A stretch of 64,000 bases of DNA from an uncultured Spirochaetota bacterium (GTDB lineage Bacteria; Spirochaetota; UBA4802; UBA5550), in NCBI GenBank assembly GCA_963827275.1, contig CAWHAA010000006.1:8961-72960 (forward strand), given 5' to 3'. This document shows, one piece after another, positions 29,993 to 38,722 of this stretch. Under the pieces are notes generated by a model, which did no database searches, was not told the origin of the DNA, and saw nothing but the letters and a program-made list of their open reading frames with translations. Position numbers and translations under genes: made by a program. Within the stretch, counting starts at the first letter, position 1, and the number at the start of each line of letters is the position of its first letter.

Positions 29993-30123
29993 CCAGCCAA
30001 CTGAATAGTTTCACAAATCCTCAATTGTCTTACCTCGAATTTATTCCTGGCTTAAGTAATTGTCGTTTTGATGAGTCTTATTCTTCGGGTATAACCCGCA
30101 TCATTTTTAACAGGAGTTTTTTC

Positions 30124-30327
30124 ATGCCTAAAGGAACAGTAAAATGGTTTAACGAGAAAAAAGGTTTTGGATTTCTTTCTCAAGATGACGGCACCGACCT
30201 CTTTGTCCACCATACCGGGATTGTCGGTAACGGCTTCAAGACCCTCTACGAAGGCGACAGAGTGGAATTCGAGGTGGAGAAGGGCGAAAAAGGGCCCCGC
30301 GCTATTTCAGTGAAAACTATCGCGTAA
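30124..30327 (+). CDS. Cold-shock protein (CspA family, CSD)
   Basis: 67 aa from ATG 30124 after AGGAG. RNP1/RNP2 motifs are present in [33 protein letters not shown]. Confidence 0.93.
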   Translation: MPKGTVKWFNEKKGFGFLSQDDGTDLFVHHTGIVGNGFKTLYEGDRVEFEVEKGEKGPRAISVKTIA

Positions 30328-30351
30328 ATATTTTCAATAGCGGAAAAATCC

Positions 30352-30385
30352 AAAAGCCCTGCCGGCAACGGCAGGGCTTTTTTTT
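30352..30385. terminator. Hairpin terminator between csp (+) and the acyl-CoA dehydrogenase (-)
   Basis: AAAAGCCCTGCCG-GCAA-CGGCAGGGCTTTTTTTT. The stem is flanked by A and T runs, so it could work on either strand. Confidence 0.75.
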
Positions 30386-30410
30386 GTCCGGCGATATCGT
30401 CAGGGGGCCG

Positions 30411-32117
30411 CTACTCGTTCATCCGGTAGGTGTCCACCAGCGCGTGCACGCGGTCCCGGTAGATGCGTTCGTACCGCACGGTGTTTACGACCGGCCGCCG
30501 GAGCATCTTGAGGCACAGCTCCTGCTGCTTGTCCGAGGTGATCGGCTTGCCGTATATGGTCAGGGCGAACTTCGACATGTCACGTACCATGAAGTCGAAG
30601 ATCTGGTCGATCAGCTCATCATCGACCTCGTAGATCTTCTGGTTTTCCAGTATCAGCTGGCCGTAGGCCACCAGCGTGAAAAGCTCGCCGAGGTTGAGCA
30701 GAAAGTCGATGTCTTTGCCCTGCTCCTTCATCGTCCCCATCGAGGCCATCATGAAGTCCCTGAACACGGCGATCTGCTCCTTGAACACGTTCACGTTCGG
30801 TATATCGACGCTGTTGTAGGCGATAGTGTAGTCGTGGAACTGGAGCTTGCCGAGGCCCCTGGTCGGTCCCTGATTGAAGAGGAACGCGTCGTTCGCGGCG
30901 TCGCGGCGCTGCGGCAGCGCCGGGTACGGGGCCGGGTTGAAGAAATAGTTCGGCATGAACTTGATGATGAGGGCCATGTTGACGTGCACCGTTCCCTCGA
31001 GCTTCGGCAGCGCCCGGATATCGCTCACCGCGTTCTCGAAATAGGTGTCCTTCTCGAAGCCCTTGGCCGCTATCACGTCCCAGAGGAGGTTGATGACCTC
31101 TTCTCCCTGGGTGGAGACCTTCATCTTCACCATGGGATTATACAGGAGATAGCGCCTGTCCGTCTCGCTCGCCGACCGCATGTAGTCCGTGGCGCGCAGG
31201 GCGAAGAGCTTCATGGCGACGAGCCGGCAGTAGGCGTCGGTCAGGAGCTGCTTGATGTGCGGGAAGTCGGTCACGTAGCTGTCGAAGAGCCTGCGGTGCG
31301 CCGCGTGGTTGATGGCCTCGTAGAATGCGTGCTCGCAGATCCCGATGGAGGCCCATCCAAGGTTGAACTTGCATATGTTGATGGTGTTCAGCATGTCGTC
31401 CCAGGCCTTCTGGCCCCGCTCCAGGATGTCGGCGTCCGTGATGGGGTAGTCGTGCAGGGCGTATTCCGCCACGTAGTCCTGGTTGTTGATGATGTTTTTC
31501 ACGCACTCGTATTTCGGGTGTTTGGAGTCCACCGCGAAGAAGACGTAATCGCCGCTGTCGGCCATCTTGCCGAAGGTGGATACCATGGCCGCCTCGTTGC
31601 CGTTGCCGATATAGTACTTGTCGCCGTTGGCGCGGTAGGTGCCGTCCGGGTTGGGGTAGAGCATCATGTCGCTGGAGTAGATGTCGGCGCCGTGCTCCTT
31701 CTCGGAAAGCCCGAAGGCGAAGATGGCGCCCTCTTTCAGCAGCTTCGCCGCCCGGTGCTTGGCCTCCGCGTTGGAGCCCAGGAAGATGGGGCCCAGGCCG
31801 AGGGCGCTCACCTGGAAGGTGTACCAGTAGGTAAGGCCGTAGAAGCCGAGTATCTCGGCAAAGTCGGTGATGCGCGAAGTGTCCCACCGGGAGGCGGCGG
31901 TGCCGAACCCGGCGGGGGTGAGGAGCTTCGCCATGATCTGGTTTTCTTTCATGAAATCGAGGAACTCGGCGTACCACGTGCACGCGTGGAAGTCGTCCTT
32001 CATCTTCTTGAGGCCCCGTCCCTCGAAGAAGTCGATGGTCTTGAGCATGATCTGGCGGGTCTCCTCGTCTGCGTAGTGTGCCAGTATGTTTTTGGGGTTG
32101 AGCAGTATATTTTCCAT
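30411..32117 (-). CDS. Acyl-CoA dehydrogenase family protein (568 aa), intact copy of a tandem pair
   Basis: Uninterrupted ORF with ACAD-like strings: FAFGLSEKEHGADIYSSDM, DKYYIGNGNEA and KFNLGWASIGICEHAFYEAINHAAHRRLF. Confidence 0.75.
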   Translation of the reverse strand: MENILLNPKNILAHYADEETRQIMLKTIDFFEGRGLKKMKDDFHACTWYAEFLDFMKENQIMAKLLTPAGFGTAASRWDTSRITDFAEILGFYGLTYWYTFQVSALGLGPIFLGSNAEAKHRAAKLLKEGAIFAFGLSEKEHGADIYSSDMMLYPNPDGTYRANGDKYYIGNGNEAAMVSTFGKMADSGDYVFFAVDSKHPKYECVKNIINNQDYVAEYALHDYPITDADILERGQKAWDDMLNTINICKFNLGWASIGICEHAFYEAINHAAHRRLFDSYVTDFPHIKQLLTDAYCRLVAMKLFALRATDYMRSASETDRRYLLYNPMVKMKVSTQGEEVINLLWDVIAAKGFEKDTYFENAVSDIRALPKLEGTVHVNMALIIKFMPNYFFNPAPYPALPQRRDAANDAFLFNQGPTRGLGKLQFHDYTIAYNSVDIPNVNVFKEQIAVFRDFMMASMGTMKEQGKDIDFLLNLGELFTLVAYGQLILENQKIYEVDDELIDQIFDFMVRDMSKFALTIYGKPITSDKQQELCLKMLRRPVVNTVRYERIYRDRVHALVDTYRMNE

Positions 32118-32174
32118 TGCGGTCTCCTTTTTCAGATCCCCCCTCCTTCCGGGAGAGGGGAAAGTGGGCGAGGT

Positions 32175-33883
32175 TTAATTCTGGTCCCTCATCCTGTACG
32201 CGCCCTTCAGCGCATACACGTTCTCCCTGAATATCTTCTCGAAGCGCCCGGGGTTCGGCAATCGGTGTCCTGATGATCTTGAGCGCGAGCTCCTTCTGCG
32301 TATCGCTGTTCGAGGGCTTCATGTGGACGGTGAGCGCGTATTTCGAGAAATCGCGCACCATGAAGTCGAAGATCTCCTCCAGGAGGTCGTCTTCCACCTC
32401 GATAAAGCTAGCGGCTTTCTATGATGAGCTGGCCGTACGCGACCAGGGTCAGGATCTCGCCCAGGGCCAGGAGATAATCGATGTCCTCCGACTGTTTCTT
32501 GTCCGGGCCCGCCTTCATGAGGAAGTCCTTGAACAGGGTTGATCTGCTCCTTGAAGATATTCACGTTGGGCAGGTCGACGCTGTTGTAGGCGATGTTATA
32601 GTCGTGGAACTGGATCTTGCCCAGTCCCTTGGTCGGCCCCTGGCGGAACAGGAACTCGTCGTTGGCGAGGTCGTCCCGGCGCGGGACCTCGCGGGTACGC
32701 CTTCGGGTTGAAGAAATAGTTGGCCATGAACTTCACGATCAGGGCCATGTTCACGTGCACCGTGCCCTCGAGCTTCGGGAGCATGGGCAGCTCGTGCTTG
32801 GCGATCTCGAAGAAGGGCTCGTTTTCGAACCCCTTTGCCGCGATGACGTCGTGCAGCAGGTTCATCACCTCTTCTCCCTCGCGGGTGACCTTCATCTTCA
32901 CCATCGGGTTGTAGAGGAGGTAGCGCCGGTCGTCCGGGCCGGCCGAGCGCATGTAGTCGCTGGCGCGCTCGGCGAAGAGCTTCATCGCCACGAGCTTGCA
33001 GTAGGCGTCCGTGAACAGGCGCTTCACGTGCGGGAAGTCCGTCACGAACTTGCCGTACACGTTGCGGTTCGCCGCGTGGTCGATCGATTCGTACAGGGCG
33101 TGGGTGCAGAGGCCGATGGCGCCCCACCCCAGGTTGAACTTGCACACGTTGATGGTGTTGAGCATGTCGTCCCAGGCCTTCTGGCCCTTCTCGGTGATAT
33201 CCGCGTCGGTGATCGGGTAGTCGTGCAGCGCGTATTCGGCCACGTAGTTCTGCTCGTTGACCACGTTCCGGACGCACTCGTACTTGTCGTGCTTGGAGTT
33301 GACGGCGAAAAAGACATAGTCGCCGGTGTCGGCCATCTTCGCGAAGGTGGACACCAGCGCGGCCTCGTTGCCGTTGCCGATATAGTACTTGTCGCCGTTG
33401 GCGCGGTAGGTGCCGTCGCCGTTGGGATAGAGCATCATGTCGCTGGAGTAGATGTCGGCGCCGTGCTCCTTCTCGGAGAGGCCGAAGGCGAACACGCCGC
33501 CCTCCTGCAGGAGCTTCGCGGTCCTGTGCTTCACTTCCTCGTTGCGACCCGTTCCAGATCGGGCAGAGCCCCAGCATGGACACCTGCCAGGTGTACCAGT
33601 AGGTGATGCCGTAAAAGGCGGTGATCTCCGAGAACTCGCAGTTGCGGTAGGTGTCCCAGCGGGAGTCGGGCGCGCCGTAGCCGGACGGCGTCATCAGGGT
33701 GGCGAACACCTGGTTTTCCTTCAGGAACTCGACGAAGTCGTAGTTCCATTTCTTTTCGTGCCAGTCCTTCTTGATCTGCTTCAGCCCTTTCTTCTCGAAG
33801 AACTCGATGGTCTTGAGCATGATCTGGCGGGATTTTTCGTCCCGGTACTTTCTTTCATGCTTGTGGGGATTGAGTAATATCAT
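32175..33883 (-). pseudogene. Tandem paralog of the 30411..32117 acyl-CoA dehydrogenase, broken by at least 5 frameshifts
   Basis: Sequence colinear with the intact paralog appears in alternating frames (MILLNPHKHE.., MKHRTAKLLQEGGVFAFGLSEKEHGAD.., VPRRDDLANDEFLFRQGPTKGLGKIQFHDY.., LFKDFLMKAGPDKKQ.., FIEVEDDLLEEIFDFMVRDFSKYAL.., GRFEKIFRENVYALKGAYRMRDQN*). Shifts lie near 33540, 32690, 32525, 32400 and 32245. Confidence 0.8.
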
Positions 33884-34183
33884 GCCGTCTCTCCTTGTAT
33901 TTTTTTAGTCACTGAACATTGGTTCTATGATGCCGCGATACCTTGCGTTGATTCTTGTGCGGCGTGTATGATGCATCCCTTTTGTCGATATAGATAAACT
34001 ATAGCCGGGAATCCTCGGAGGCAAAGATTCCTTACAAGAGTGGAAGAAATTCCGCCAGGGGTACTTCATAGTTACTGAAAGAGATGAAATCATTGGATTT
34101 CCCCTGTTTTCTTGTATTATATATGAACTACTATCAATATGCCGAACAACGTTCGGAAAGTCAAACGTAAATCGAAATAATTG

Positions 34184-34211
34184 TTGAAATTTTCTAAATA
34201 TATGGTATACT
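34184..34211 (+). promoter_or_regulatory. Sigma70-type promoter for the TetR-AAA-VWA-repeat operon (TTGAAA-16-TATACT)
   Basis: TTGAAA is at 34184-34189 and TATACT at 34206-34211, about 35 nt upstream of ATG 34245. Confidence 0.4.
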
Positions 34212-34244
34212 GACTATAGATGAACAAAAAAAGCAGGGCTACTC

Positions 34245-34874
34245 ATGAAAATTAAAAATACCATGTCACAGCTGAAAACCAGGGAGCGTGAAGAGAGGAA
34301 AAATCTCATTATTGACGCTGCTGAACAGGTCTTTTCAAACAAACCTTTTAATAAAGTAAGTATGAGAGAGATCGCGGTAGAGGCGGGTATCGCGCCATCA
34401 TCGATTTATACATATTTTCCTAACCAGGAACTATTATTTGTAGAGGCAACGGTCCGCGACAGCAACCGCCTGATCGACGAGATGGAGCGCATGCTGGAGA
34501 GCGCGGAACGGCCGGAACTGGTGCTCGACCGCGTGATAGAGGCCTTTATCGTATTCATATCGTCCCACGATTCCTATTTCAGGATGATGGTGATCTTCAT
34601 GACCGTGGGGAGCCTCAACCCTGAATCCCTTGAAAAACTGAATGAGGTGGTCAGGCGCGGGTTTGCCGTGTTCGAGACGGTATTCAAAAAGATGGGCTAT
34701 GCCGGCAACACGCGGATCCTGGCGCACTATTTTTTCGCGATGCTGAACGGCATCCTGGTGACCTTCCGCAAGCTCGAGGGACGGAGCGATGAGGACATCA
34801 TCGCCCACATGAAGCGGGTGGCAAGCGTGTTCAGCGAGCTGCTGGTGCACAGCATCAGGAGGGGGGAGCCATGA
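34245..34874 (+). CDS. TetR/AcrR family transcriptional regulator
   Basis: 209 aa with the HTH region LIIDAAEQVFSNKPFNKVSMREIAVEAGIAPSSIYTYF. Its stop overlaps the next ATG (ATGA). Confidence 0.85.
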   Translation: MKIKNTMSQLKTREREERKNLIIDAAEQVFSNKPFNKVSMREIAVEAGIAPSSIYTYFPNQELLFVEATVRDSNRLIDEMERMLESAERPELVLDRVIEAFIVFISSHDSYFRMMVIFMTVGSLNPESLEKLNEVVRRGFAVFETVFKKMGYAGNTRILAHYFFAMLNGILVTFRKLEGRSDEDIIAHMKRVASVFSELLVHSIRRGEP

Positions 34875-36052
34875 GAAAGAAGCCGGTCGTCGTCACCGCA
34901 ACGGAGCTCGGCGAGATACTCGACAGGTATTTCGACGGCGGGCCGTCCCTGAATTACGCGCTCAAGGTCGTGGGGCACCCGGGCATAGGAAAATCGGCCA
35001 TCGTGAAGCAGGCGGCCGTGAGGAAGGGGCTGTATTTCATCGATACCAGGCTCGCCTTCAAGGAGAACGTCGACCTCGGCGGGTACCCGGTGCCCGACCC
35101 GGCGGAGCGGCGCATGGTCTACTACCGGCCGAAGTTCATCCCCCCCGAGACGGTGCCGGCCGGGTACAACGGCATCGCCTGGTTCCTCGACGAGTCGAAC
35201 CGCGCGCACCCCACGGTGATCCAGACGCTGTTCCAGATCATCACCGAGAAGACGTGCGGGGAGCATGCGCTGCCGGAACAGACCTCGATCGTGCTTGCCG
35301 GGAACCTCGGCGAGGACGACGATACCACGATAACGGAATTCGACGACTCCGCCCTTGACGGGCGGCTGGCCGTGTTCCAGCTCAAGCCGGACGCGCGCGA
35401 ATGGCTCGCCTGGGCGGAGCGGGAAGCGATACACCCCTCGATCACCCGGTACATCGCGCTCTTCCCGGAGCGCCTCTGGGACGAGGCGAACATCAACCCG
35501 AACCCGCGGGGGTGGCACCAGGTGTCGCGGGCGATCGAGGGGTCCTACGGGATCGCCACCGAGCAGGAGCTGCACGCCTGCCTGTCGGCGAACCCCGGCG
35601 GGACCCTGCAGAGCGTCATCCATTCACTCGTCGGCGCGGTGGCGGGGGCCGACTTCATCGCGCAGATCACGGCCCCGCGCAGGCTCAGCACCGGCGAGGT
35701 GCTCGCGGGCGACGAGGCGAAGCTGGCCGAGATGGCCGGCGGAACGATCCCCGCGGAGGACGTGCTCTGGGCGCTCTCCGGCGCGGTGCGCGCGCTGCGC
35801 GACCTCAGGCTGGCCAGGGGGGGCGGGGCGCTGCAAGGGGAGGACCTGTCGGAGCTGGCGCACGTGCTCCTCTTCATCGGCGCGGCGCGGGCGGACGCGC
35901 GCCTCTCGTTCTTTTACCTGCTCCTCCGGGACTGCGGCATCTTCTCGCAGGTGCCGGCCGCGCTCGGCCTCGTTGCGGGAGAAGGACGCCGGAAGGCGCT
36001 CCTTGAAAAATTCAGCGCGATCGTCGGGGCGGGCGATGAACGGCAGGCTTGA
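34871..36052 (+). CDS. MoxR-like AAA+ ATPase (AAA_5 type)
   Basis: 393 aa. Walker A is GHPGIGKSAIV, Walker B is IAWFLDESNRA, followed by LAGNLGEDD. The C-terminal helical region is unassigned. Confidence 0.8.
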   Translation: MRKKPVVVTATELGEILDRYFDGGPSLNYALKVVGHPGIGKSAIVKQAAVRKGLYFIDTRLAFKENVDLGGYPVPDPAERRMVYYRPKFIPPETVPAGYNGIAWFLDESNRAHPTVIQTLFQIITEKTCGEHALPEQTSIVLAGNLGEDDDTTITEFDDSALDGRLAVFQLKPDAREWLAWAEREAIHPSITRYIALFPERLWDEANINPNPRGWHQVSRAIEGSYGIATEQELHACLSANPGGTLQSVIHSLVGAVAGADFIAQITAPRRLSTGEVLAGDEAKLAEMAGGTIPAEDVLWALSGAVRALRDLRLARGGGALQGEDLSELAHVLLFIGAARADARLSFFYLLLRDCGIFSQVPAALGLVAGEGRRKALLEKFSAIVGAGDERQA

Positions 36053-37442
36053 ACAGGTCCTCGAGGCCCTGTGGCGGCGGAGCAGGTTCGTATCGTACTT
36101 TTACCAGGCCGTGCAGTTTTCCGCGGAGCCGGGCATCCCGACCATCGCCCTGTCGGTGCGCGATGCGCGCCTCGTGATGTATTACAACCCCGCCTTTACG
36201 GAACAGATGACCGATGACGAGATGACCGGGCTCCTCGTGCACGAGATGCTCCACGTGGTGCTGAACCATGACCACCGGGCCTTCAGCGCCGAAGAGCGCT
36301 ACCTCCAGAACCTCGCCCAGGACATGGTGGTGAACAGCTTCATCGCCGGGGCGCGGGACAATTTCTTTTCCCGTAAGGACCGGCAGGACGGGGCCGCCCC
36401 GCTGCTGCTGCCGCGGGGGCTCCCCCTCGTCCCGCGCGCGTTCGTGAAAGAGACCGGCGTCGCCGATCCCTCGTGGGAGGAGGTGTTCCGCTGGCTGAAA
36501 GGCCGGCCGAAGCGGAGCCTCGGGGAGCTGGCGGCCGGCGATACCTGCACGCCCGGGCCGGCGCCGGGCGCGGCCGCTTCCGGCGATGACGGTGCGCCCC
36601 CTGACTTCAACACGTTACTTGCCGGCGAGCCCGGCATCAGCGCGATATCCTTCGACGGCATGGAGGGCATGGCTTTTGTCGACGGCCTCGACCGGATCGT
36701 GCCGACCGGCATGCATGTCTGCCTTGACCGCGCGGGGCTCGCGGACCTGGATGCGCGGAAGTCCGCGCTCCTCGGCATGGCGGGCAGGGACCGCGAGTTT
36801 GCGCAGGAGCGGGCCTTCCAGGAGATCCGGGGGATCATCGAGCGGACGCGCGGGCAGGACACCTCGTCATGGCGGCGGCTCCTCAGGAGCATTGTCGATT
36901 ATTCCGCCCAGTCGCATGAATGGGCGTATACGTACGGAAGGTTCAGCCGGCGCCACTTCGCGAACGGCGTCTATTCCCCGGGCAGGGTGTTCAGGCACCG
37001 GGAGGCCATCACGGTGGCGGTCGATGTGTCCGGCTCCATGGTGATGACGCCCTCCGATATCGAGGAGGCCTTCGGCGCGATCGAGGAGCTGATGGGCAAG
37101 TACCGCGTCCACCTGGTCTGCCTCGACGAGGACCTCTTCATCCCCGAGAAGCGCGGCGACGCGCTCGCCGCGTCGCGGGCGGCAGACCGGCCGTTCGTGT
37201 ACCGCCGGGGCGACTGGAAACTCATACGCACGGGGAGCGGCGGCACCACCTTTTTCTCGCCGCTCTTCAACCGCTACATGAAGGGGCACCGGGAGACGCT
37301 CGTGGTCATCACGGACGGCCACATCTACGACCTTGAACGCCTGAAGCGGTACCATCCCACGGTGTGGGTCATCACGCGGGGGCGGCAGGAGCCCTTTCAC
37401 CCGCCTTTCGGACGGTCGGTGAAGATGGCGGCCGCGTCATGA
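36036..37442 (+). CDS. Zincin-like metallopeptidase domain + VWA domain protein (DUF2201_N/DUF2201-type partner of MoxR ATPases)
   Basis: 468 aa from ATG 36036, overlapping the AAA stop by 17 nt. It has HExxH (LLVHEMLHVVLNH) and a MIDAS-type VWA motif (VAVDVSGSM). The Arg/Ser-rich N-terminal extension in the ORF track (from 35355) is a frame artefact. Confidence 0.75.
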   Translation: MNGRLEQVLEALWRRSRFVSYFYQAVQFSAEPGIPTIALSVRDARLVMYYNPAFTEQMTDDEMTGLLVHEMLHVVLNHDHRAFSAEERYLQNLAQDMVVNSFIAGARDNFFSRKDRQDGAAPLLLPRGLPLVPRAFVKETGVADPSWEEVFRWLKGRPKRSLGELAAGDTCTPGPAPGAAASGDDGAPPDFNTLLAGEPGISAISFDGMEGMAFVDGLDRIVPTGMHVCLDRAGLADLDARKSALLGMAGRDREFAQERAFQEIRGIIERTRGQDTSSWRRLLRSIVDYSAQSHEWAYTYGRFSRRHFANGVYSPGRVFRHREAITVAVDVSGSMVMTPSDIEEAFGAIEELMGKYRVHLVCLDEDLFIPEKRGDALAASRAADRPFVYRRGDWKLIRTGSGGTTFFSPLFNRYMKGHRETLVVITDGHIYDLERLKRYHPTVWVITRGRQEPFHPPFGRSVKMAAAS

Positions 37443-37466
37443 TCCGGGCGCGCCGGGAAGGATAGG

Positions 37467-38180
37467 ATGAAAGAACGCACAGACAACACGACAGCGGAAC
37501 GGCTCTGGCGGGAGGGCGCCGCCGGCGGCGGCTTCGATTATTCCGCCGGTGCCGCCGCCCTTATCGCGACCGGGGATGCTGAATATATTTTCCGGGCGGG
37601 AAGGGACTGGCAGCGCTTCGATTACCGCGCCGGCCTTGCGCGCCTGGTCGGGCTCCGGGACCCGGAATCGATCCACCGGGCGGGCATATTCTGGAAAGAG
37701 TTCGATTTCGAGGCGGGCATGACCGCGCTTTTCAGCATCGCTGACCCGGAATACGTGTACCGCGCCGGAAGGTTCTGGAAAAATTTCGACTATGAGCGCG
37801 GCCTCGATTCGCTGGCGGGCACGGGCCGGGCGCGCTACGTGTATTACGCCGGCCAGGAGTGGAAGGTATTCAATTACCGGAGGGGGTTTGACGCACTCAT
37901 GGAGCTGGGTGACCCGGAATCTATCTTTTACGCGGGCGCTCACTGGAAGGAGTTTGATTACCGCAGGGGGTTCGCGCGGCTCGTGAAGACCGGGAACGCG
38001 GAATTCATTTTTAAATCCGGGACGCTGTGGCGTGAATTCGATTACAGAACGGCCTGGGCCCTGCTTGAATCTGACATCATCGGCGGAGCCGAATGGAGGG
38101 GCAGGGCGTTCACGCACCCGGCATGGAAGCGGGCGCTCATGGAAATCTGGGACGAGGCCGTTTTAAAAGTGGACATTTAG
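37467..38180 (+). CDS. Tandem-repeat protein: about 6.5 copies of a 28-aa unit (consensus Y-I/V-x-R-A-G-x-x-W-K-x-F-D-Y-x-x-G-x-x-x-L-x-x-x-G-D-P-E), family not recognised
   Basis: 237 aa. An SD-like GGAAGGATAGG precedes ATG 37467. The repeats are visible directly, e.g. YIFRAGRDWQRFDYRAGLARLVGLRDPE, SIHRAGIFWKEFDFEAGMTALFSIADPE and YVYRAGRFWKNFDYERGLDSLAGTGRAR. Confidence 0.7.
   Translation: MKERTDNTTAERLWREGAAGGGFDYSAGAAALIATGDAEYIFRAGRDWQRFDYRAGLARLVGLRDPESIHRAGIFWKEFDFEAGMTALFSIADPEYVYRAGRFWKNFDYERGLDSLAGTGRARYVYYAGQEWKVFNYRRGFDALMELGDPESIFYAGAHWKEFDYRRGFARLVKTGNAEFIFKSGTLWREFDYRTAWALLESDIIGGAEWRGRAFTHPAWKRALMEIWDEAVLKVDI
37497..38087 (+). repeat. 84-bp (28-codon) tandem coding repeats inside 37467..38180
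   Basis: Six full units plus one partial unit, diverged at nucleotide level but in register. The Trp, the Phe-Asp-Tyr and the Gly are conserved in each unit. Confidence 0.8.
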
Positions 38181-38386
38181 CGGAAACTATATAAAAAAAA
38201 TTAAAAAATTATAATTAATAATTGACAATAAAAATTATCAGGCCGAAATAACATTAAGTTGAACAGCTTCGCATTTGTCTTCAATTTTATTACCGCCTGT
38301 TTTACAGCAGCCTAAAAAAATTGCAGCAGTTGAGGGGCGTTCATCGGGGTAACCCGCATTACTTAATATTTACAGGAGTTTTTCTT

Positions 38387-38590
38387 ATGCCTACAGGCAC
38401 AGTTAAATGGTTCAATGAGAAAAAGGGTTTCGGGTTTCTTTCTCAGGACGGTGGCGCGGATCTCTTTGTCCATCATACGGGGATCGTTGGCAACGGCTTC
38501 AAGACTTTAAATGAAGGCGACAGGGTTGAGTTCGAAATTGAAAAGAGTGAAAAAGGACCGAGGGCCGTTCAGGTCCGGACCGTCAGCTAA
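38387..38590 (+). CDS. Cold-shock protein (CspA family), second copy
   Basis: 67 aa from ATG 38387 after AGGAG. It reads [33 protein letters not shown] and is very similar to 30124..30327. Confidence 0.93.
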   Translation: MPTGTVKWFNEKKGFGFLSQDGGADLFVHHTGIVGNGFKTLNEGDRVEFEIEKSEKGPRAVQVRTVS

Positions 38591-38612
38591 TCATTCGTAA
38601 ATGACCATTCAT

Positions 38613-38643
38613 AAAAACCCGGCTGCCATGGCCGGGTTTTTTT
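38613..38643 (+). terminator. Rho-independent terminator after the second csp
   Basis: AAAAACCCGGC-TGCCATG-GCCGGGTTTTTTT. Confidence 0.8.
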
Positions 38644-38722
38644 ATTAATAAAAAATCCGGATTAATGGAGCCATTCCATCCAAACCGGGGTCGTATCATA
38701 AAAAATAAAAATCAGAATATAC

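Noticed and set aside
30384-32273. 629-aa ORF on the + strand covering the whole acyl-CoA dehydrogenase gene
   Set aside because: It is antisense to a gene with clear ACAD motifs. Its translation is low-complexity (V/H/E/G/R/D-rich) with no motifs. It is a typical shadow ORF of high-G+C DNA.
33905-34093. 62-aa minus-strand ORF in the divergent ACAD/TetR control region
   Set aside because: It has no SD, odd composition, and lies in an A+T-rich promoter region. It is probably non-coding.
35355-36035. N-terminal 227-aa extension of the zincin-VWA ORF as given in the ORF track
   Set aside because: The extension is an Arg/Ser/Pro-rich alternative frame of the AAA ATPase gene. Recognisable protein sequence begins at ATG 36036 (MNGRLEQVLEALW...).
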